Below are positions 58,866 through 64,000 of a DNA stretch of 64,000 nucleotides, piece after piece. Source of the DNA: Thermoproteota archaeon (lineage in GTDB: Archaea > Korarchaeota > JAOZGF01 > JAOZFZ01); assembly GCA_027492035.1 (NCBI GenBank), contig JAOZFT010000001.1, forward strand, positions 32,001-96,000, written 5' to 3'. Position numbers and translations under genes: made by a program. The notes under the pieces are model-generated. The model made no database searches. It was given only the letters and a program-made list of their open reading frames with translations, and was not told where the DNA came from. The stretch's first letter is position 1. Every line of letters begins with the position of its first letter.

Positions 58866-59792
58866 ATGAGTGGAAAAGAAGCTTCTGGTGGAGGGGGGAG
58901 GGAAGCATTCCTAAAGGAGTTAAAATTTACAGTTAAAAGGATAAGAGAAAGTCCTCTATCGATTTTAGGCCTCGCCATAATTACTTTCTTTGTGTTAATA
59001 GCTGTTTTAGCACCTGTTATAGCTCCACCTAAAAAGGCAGACCCTTACATGATACCTAGGTATGGGTATACTCAGGAACCTAAACCTCCAAGCCCAGAGC
59101 ATATTTTCGGAACTGCTCAAGGCCAGTACGACGTTTTTTATGGAGTTATTTGGGGAACTAGGTCAGCTTTCAGAGTAGGTGTAATAGTGATTGGAATAAC
59201 TATTTTAATAGGTGTCGCTATAGGTAGTGTCTCCGGTTACTATGGAGGCATAGTTGATGAAGCGATGATGAGAATTACAGATATTATCCTTGCTTTTCCA
59301 GCTTTAATACTTGCAATGGCCTTGGTTGTAGCCTTCGGCCCTGGGCTTAACAGTGTAATGCAAGCATTCATCTTAATTTGGTGGGCTAGTTACGCCAGAG
59401 TTACCCGAGGAGAAGTTTTAAAAATAAAGCAAGAGGATTTCGTTGAAGCTGCGAAAGCTATTGGCTGCAGCGACTTCCGCGTCATAACTAGACATATTCT
59501 GCCCAACATTATTTTTCCAGTTCTTATTATGGGGTCACTTGATATAGGGAGTGTGGTTTTAGTTGCTGCCGCCCTAAGTTTCTTGGGGTTAGGTGCACCT
59601 TTAGGTTACGCTGACTGGGGACAAATGATAAGTATATCAAGGAATTGGATACTTGGAAAGGCAGGAAACCCTTTTGCTTACTGGCACACTTTCATTATAC
59701 CTGGTTTATTTATTTTCTTCTTTGTAATGGGCTGGAATTTGCTTGGAGACGCCTTCAGAGACATACTTGACCCTATGATGAGGAGAAGATAA
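58866..59792 (+). CDS. dppC: ABC peptide transporter permease
   Basis: H.FGT, FVEAAKAIG, HILPN, LSFLGLG, DWG, GDAFRD.LDP. Confidence 0.94.
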   Translation: MSGKEASGGGGREAFLKELKFTVKRIRESPLSILGLAIITFFVLIAVLAPVIAPPKKADPYMIPRYGYTQEPKPPSPEHIFGTAQGQYDVFYGVIWGTRSAFRVGVIVIGITILIGVAIGSVSGYYGGIVDEAMMRITDIILAFPALILAMALVVAFGPGLNSVMQAFILIWWASYARVTRGEVLKIKQEDFVEAAKAIGCSDFRVITRHILPNIIFPVLIMGSLDIGSVVLVAAALSFLGLGAPLGYADWGQMISISRNWILGKAGNPFAYWHTFIIPGLFIFFFVMGWNLLGDAFRDILDPMMRRR

Positions 59793-59793
59793 A

Positions 59794-60939
59794 TTGGGAG
59801 AAATACTGAAAGTTGAAGATTTAAAAGTTAGGTTTTACACTTACGAAGGAATAGTTAAAGCTCTAGAGGGAGTAAATTTAGATGTTTTAGAAGGTGAAAC
59901 CTTAGGAATAGTTGGAGAAACAGGATCCGGAAAAACAGTTACAAGTTTATCTATTCTTGTCCTGATTCCACCACCCGGAAGAATAGAAGAAGGAAAAATT
60001 CTTTTTAGGAGAGGTAAAGAATTTCTGGATTTCTTAAGAAATACACAGGTTATGTATCAAATAAGAGGTAAAGAGATTTCAATGGTTTTTCAAGAACCTA
60101 ACGCCGCTTTAAACCCGGTTTACACCGTAGGCGACCAAGTTTCCGAGGTTCTAGTTCTCCATAGGAGGAAAGAGTTTTTGAAAAAGACAGTTGAGGAAAT
60201 AGAGGAAGAACTTGAAAGGGGGACGGGTTTCAAAAAGTTTCTGTTAAGGATTGAAAAGAAAATTTACTCGGGAATGTTAAAGGAACAACTTCCTCTGGCT
60301 TTACGGTTTCTTTTAAAGGTTCCAATCCTTAACAGGTTAGGTAAATCAAGGTTCAATAAGGAAGTAAGGAATGAAGTAGTGAATATTCTTAGAGAGATGG
60401 GTATAGGGGATCCTGAAAGAGTTGTTGACATGTACCCTCACGAACTAAGTGGAGGCATGCAGCAAAGGGTTGTAATAGCGATGGCTTTAGCCTGCAACCC
60501 AAAACTTTTAATTGCAGACGAACCCACTACTTCACTGGATGTTACAGTGCAGGCACAGATTCTAGACCTTATTAGGGAACTTAAAGAGAAATTTAAATCA
60601 TCAATAATCTACGTCACTCACGACATGGGGGTAATAGCTGAACTCTGCGATCGAGTGGCAGTAATGTATGCAGGAACGATATGTGAAGTTGCAAATGTTT
60701 TAGAGTTGTTCAAAAACCCTCTACACCCCTACACAAAAGCATTACTTGAGTCAATACCTAAACCAGGAAAAGAATTGAAAGCTATAAGAGGAACAGTTCC
60801 CAATTTAGTTGATCCTCCTTCAGGATGCCGATTCCACCCTAGATGTGATTACAATATGCCTATTTGTTCAAAAGAGAAACCTGAATTGAGAGAAATAAAG
60901 AAGGGACATTATGTAGCTTGCCACTTATATAAGCGGTGA
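59794..60939 (+). CDS. dppD: ABC peptide transporter ATPase
   Basis: [26 protein letters not shown]-terminal GCRFHPRC...VACH; about 60-aa internal insertion. Confidence 0.94.
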   Translation: MGEILKVEDLKVRFYTYEGIVKALEGVNLDVLEGETLGIVGETGSGKTVTSLSILVLIPPPGRIEEGKILFRRGKEFLDFLRNTQVMYQIRGKEISMVFQEPNAALNPVYTVGDQVSEVLVLHRRKEFLKKTVEEIEEELERGTGFKKFLLRIEKKIYSGMLKEQLPLALRFLLKVPILNRLGKSRFNKEVRNEVVNILREMGIGDPERVVDMYPHELSGGMQQRVVIAMALACNPKLLIADEPTTSLDVTVQAQILDLIRELKEKFKSSIIYVTHDMGVIAELCDRVAVMYAGTICEVANVLELFKNPLHPYTKALLESIPKPGKELKAIRGTVPNLVDPPSGCRFHPRCDYNMPICSKEKPELREIKKGHYVACHLYKR

Positions 60940-60945
60940 ATACAT

Positions 60946-61998
60946 GTGGAAGCCTTTCTTGAAACAGTAAATTTAAAGAAGTATTACCCAGTTAAGGGAG
61001 GAGTGTTTAAAAGAAAGAAAGCAGACGTTAAAGCAGTAGACGGAATAAGTATAAACATTAAGAAGGGGGAATGCTTCGGTTTAGTTGGGGAATCAGGATG
61101 TGGAAAAACAACTTTCGGCAAAACAATAATAAGGTTACTAAAACCAACTTTCGGTCACATATATTTCAAAATTCCAGAAAAAGTAAGGAGCGATATAAAG
61201 GAATTAGAGAAGAATTCAAACAATTCACCGGAACTTAATAGGCTTTATGAAGAATATGATTTAGGCACTTTCAAAGGGGGGAGATTGAAACAATTAAGAA
61301 GAAAAATGCAGATAGTTTACCAGAATCCTTCCACTTCACTTAATCCACGAATGCTTGTTAAAGACATCGTTGCTGAACCCTTAATTGTTCAAGGAATAGC
61401 TAAAGGCAGAGAAGCGAATGAAAAAGTTCTAGGTATCCTTAGTAAGGTTGGATTGACTGAAAAACATCTTTACAGGTATCCTCATGAATTCAGTGGGGGG
61501 CAAAGGCAAAGAATAGCTATTGCACGCGCACTTATTACAAACCCAGAATTCGTGGTGCTAGACGAACCAACTTCCTCGGTTGACGTATCTGTCAGAGCCC
61601 AGCTTCTAAATTTATTCCAAACATTAAGGAAAGAGTTTAACCTAACCTATTTATTTGTAAGCCATGACTTAAGCGTGGTTGAATGCATTAGTGACAGGGT
61701 TGCAGTTATGTATTTAGGAAAAATAGTGGAATTAGCTAAAACTGAAGAACTGTTCAAAAACCCTTTACACCCTTATTCACAAGCCCTTTTCTCTGCTATA
61801 CCAATACCAGACCCTACAGTAAAAAAAGAAAGAATAATTTTGAAAGGGGATGTACCTAGTCCCGTCAACCCCCCTTCAGGATGCCGTTTCCATCCAAGAT
61901 GTAAATATGCCACTGAAGTATGTGGAAAAAGGGAACCTCAACTGGAAGAAATAAAGGATGGACATTATATAGCATGCCACAACTGGGAAAGAATCTAG
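60946..61998 (+). CDS. dppF: ABC peptide transporter ATPase
   Basis: [29 protein letters not shown]...IACH. Confidence 0.94.
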   Translation: MEAFLETVNLKKYYPVKGGVFKRKKADVKAVDGISINIKKGECFGLVGESGCGKTTFGKTIIRLLKPTFGHIYFKIPEKVRSDIKELEKNSNNSPELNRLYEEYDLGTFKGGRLKQLRRKMQIVYQNPSTSLNPRMLVKDIVAEPLIVQGIAKGREANEKVLGILSKVGLTEKHLYRYPHEFSGGQRQRIAIARALITNPEFVVLDEPTSSVDVSVRAQLLNLFQTLRKEFNLTYLFVSHDLSVVECISDRVAVMYLGKIVELAKTEELFKNPLHPYSQALFSAIPIPDPTVKKERIILKGDVPSPVNPPSGCRFHPRCKYATEVCGKREPQLEEIKDGHYIACHNWERI

Positions 61999-62061
61999 AA
62001 GAATAAAATTCTCTACTTCTCATTGTTAAGAAAAAGTTTAGTTGATATTCTCCACCTCTTT

Positions 62062-63846
62062 TTAAAAAAGCTCTTTTGGGATCTGAAGAGGCAGAAGATT
62101 TATTTGTAAAATAAAACCTAGGATTAAGAAGAACACGTAAATGAAGACGACATTAATTAATACGGGAATAACGAGGGAGAGGGACACCTGAGAACTTTTT
62201 AAGTTACGAATTTTTTTCTCTGCCAGAAAAACAACCCTGAATTTCAACACAAGAAGAATTACTGCTAAAGTTAAGATACTTACTTGGATTACGAATGTAA
62301 TTAAGGGAGTCAAAGCCACTAAGAATTGAATTGCAACCAAAGGAATAATGAAAAGTATAACGAAGAGGAGGTTAGCAAAGTCTGAAGCAAGGTAGATTTT
62401 AGTTGTTTCAGTAGCAGGCACCATGTTTTTAGAAAAGAACTTGGATAAATAACCCACAAGGGAACCTAATGCAATTGATTGCATAACAAAAAGAACTAAA
62501 CCAATTACTCCCACCACAAAAATAATAATGGTGGATGTAGCTTGTAAACTGGATAAATTTACAGGTAAAATTACACCGAATCCTTTAAGGAATGAATGGA
62601 AAGATTTAACAGCTGGTTTCAGCCTTGAGAAATCAAACCCTGGAATCCAAGGAGAAAGGGTTGCAGGCAATATTAATAGGAGGAAAAGAAAGAAACTTGT
62701 TTTAAAAACTAATTCGCCTAAAGTACTGCCTGTAAAAAGGCTTCCAGCAAAATTCCAAATTTTATCTTTCCCTGAAAAGAAAAGGGGAAAAATGTGGAAA
62801 GTATTTGGAGATTTTCCGGATATATAGGGCTTAGTTTCGGTTTTCACGGTTTTCTCCGAAACAGCAAACCTAATTTTTTGAATTTCAGCTTCCACAGGCT
62901 TTAAGTTCTTCTTAACTATTTTCTCTGTTTTTTTCGGGAAATCACGTTCAAATTTTTCAAGAGATGAAACCCTGTTACTTAATTCAGTGGATATCTCTCC
63001 CAATTTAAGTAATTTTGTGTTTAAATCCGTTAAATATTTTTCTGACCTTGATACTGCCTCTCTTAAGCTGACAAGTTTGTTAATTTTATCCTCAAAAGTA
63101 CTTAACTGCCTAGAAACTTCTTTCGAAACAAGTTTAGAGATATCGGGTAACTCCTTCAGTTTTTTCGGCACCGGACCCTTGGCAATTTTACTAAAGGATT
63201 CATTCAACAAGGAAATTTGTTCAGTGAGTCCACTTCTTAACTCTGAAATTTTGTTGCTTAAGTCTGTTTTAAGGGTGGAGAGTTCCTCCTCAAGATTCTT
63301 TATTTTGGAATCAACCTCACCAGCAAAGGTTTCTAATTGAGCAGAAGGAACCCCTCCCCCACCCAACCTCTCACTCAAAGAACCAAAATCCTTCTCTAGA
63401 CTTAAAACTTTTTCATTTAGGGATTTCACTCTGTTAATTACTTGGTTACCGAATTTTTCCAATTGTTCATTCACTTTGTTAACAATTAAAGTAATCAACT
63501 CATCTCGGGAAGTCTCTCCTCCAGAAGCTTCTTCAACTTTACTTTTCAAAGAATTAAGTTCAAGAAGAGTTTTTTCAGTTCTCTTATTAACTTCTTGAAT
63601 CATCTTCCTTAATTGTTTAATTTCAGTCGAAACAGGGCCTATAGGAGCCGGTGCAGCCTTTAATTTCTGGAACTCAGAACTTATTTTTTCAATTTGAGCT
63701 TGTAAGTTATTAATTTTGGCTGATAACTCTCCAATATCATATTTCTTTTTAACAAAACCTAAATAGATTTTAATTAGTTCTAGTTCGGATGAAAATATTT
63801 CTTTGAGCACCTTTACCGTTTCACTTAAATTTTTTTCATTTTCCAA
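62062..63846 (-). CDS. Long coiled-coil protein with C-terminal multi-pass (Yip1-like) membrane domain
   Basis: About 330 aa of heptad-rich L/E/K/S segments broken by P/G linkers, then about 5 TM helices; TTG 63846 after AGGTG (track 63858). Confidence 0.75.
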   Translation of the reverse strand: MENEKNLSETVKVLKEIFSSELELIKIYLGFVKKKYDIGELSAKINNLQAQIEKISSEFQKLKAAPAPIGPVSTEIKQLRKMIQEVNKRTEKTLLELNSLKSKVEEASGGETSRDELITLIVNKVNEQLEKFGNQVINRVKSLNEKVLSLEKDFGSLSERLGGGGVPSAQLETFAGEVDSKIKNLEEELSTLKTDLSNKISELRSGLTEQISLLNESFSKIAKGPVPKKLKELPDISKLVSKEVSRQLSTFEDKINKLVSLREAVSRSEKYLTDLNTKLLKLGEISTELSNRVSSLEKFERDFPKKTEKIVKKNLKPVEAEIQKIRFAVSEKTVKTETKPYISGKSPNTFHIFPLFFSGKDKIWNFAGSLFTGSTLGELVFKTSFFLFLLLILPATLSPWIPGFDFSRLKPAVKSFHSFLKGFGVILPVNLSSLQATSTIIIFVVGVIGLVLFVMQSIALGSLVGYLSKFFSKNMVPATETTKIYLASDFANLLFVILFIIPLVAIQFLVALTPLITFVIQVSILTLAVILLVLKFRVVFLAEKKIRNLKSSQVSLSLVIPVLINVVFIYVFFLILGFILQINLLPLQIPKELF

Positions 63847-64000
63847 AATTAAAAACACCTACACACGAAAACTTTATTTTAGATAAGTTGTAAAATAAGT
63901 TTTCGAACATTTTTAACTTTAATAATTAATTCTTTCTCATCTAGGAAATGGGGAAGAGAGAGGGTTTTGGCAAGCTTTAAAAATGAAACCTTTAAGTTAC

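Noticed and set aside
541-63340. Numerous 60-170 aa antisense or overlapping ORFs in the track (e.g. 541-723, 546-728, 1060-1434, 9499-9687, 17232-17501, 18309-18686, 42658-43101, 44411-44818, 52718-53239, 62987-63340)
   Set aside because: Nearly all are shadows of well-supported genes on the opposite strand or frame. They have S/F/L/P-rich composition, no SD and no motifs.
1-64000. tRNA/rRNA genes, transposases, integrases, Sec/Pyl readthrough
   Set aside because: By eye I found no GC-rich cloverleaf or T-loop in intergenic gaps, no DDE/tyrosine-recombinase/TnpB ORFs, and no in-frame TGA/TAG interrupting a conserved domain. tRNAscan-SE and ISEScan would be needed to be certain.

Overview
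Gene-dense, AT-rich archaeal chromosomal segment. Archaeal origin is indicated by Orc1/Cdc6, TmcA/Nat10, archaeal IleRS, Clp1, LipS1/LipS2, a box C/D sRNA, and GGTGA/GAGGTG Shine-Dalgarno sites with many TTG/GTG starts. It is probably an anaerobic (hyper)thermophile of the TACK group, but the lineage cannot be fixed from sequence alone. Content is mostly housekeeping or metabolic: two 2-oxoacid:ferredoxin oxidoreductase operons, a biotin-dependent acyl-CoA carboxylase operon running into cdc6, nickel genes (cooT-larC-larB, nikMNQO), lipoyl synthase LipS1/S2, MoeA and a Dpp/Opp ABC transporter. I saw no tRNA, rRNA, CRISPR array or transposase. Best leads: (1) a DUF89 phosphatase - TmcA/Nat10 - ASCH gene run that looks like an N4-acetylcytidine writer plus eraser/salvage module; (2) a presenilin-like and a signal-peptide-peptidase-like GxGD protease in one 3-kb locus; (3) an unannotated canonical box C/D guide RNA; (4) a doubly frameshifted AbrB-VapC toxin-antitoxin pair splitting korA from korB; (5) an out-of-frame zinc ribbon on a surface metallopeptidase; (6) short proteins missing from or mis-started in the ORF track, including a Cren7-like zinc ribbon. 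All family assignments are by motif recognition only; no searches were run. Some starts were moved from the ORF track to the SD-supported codon.
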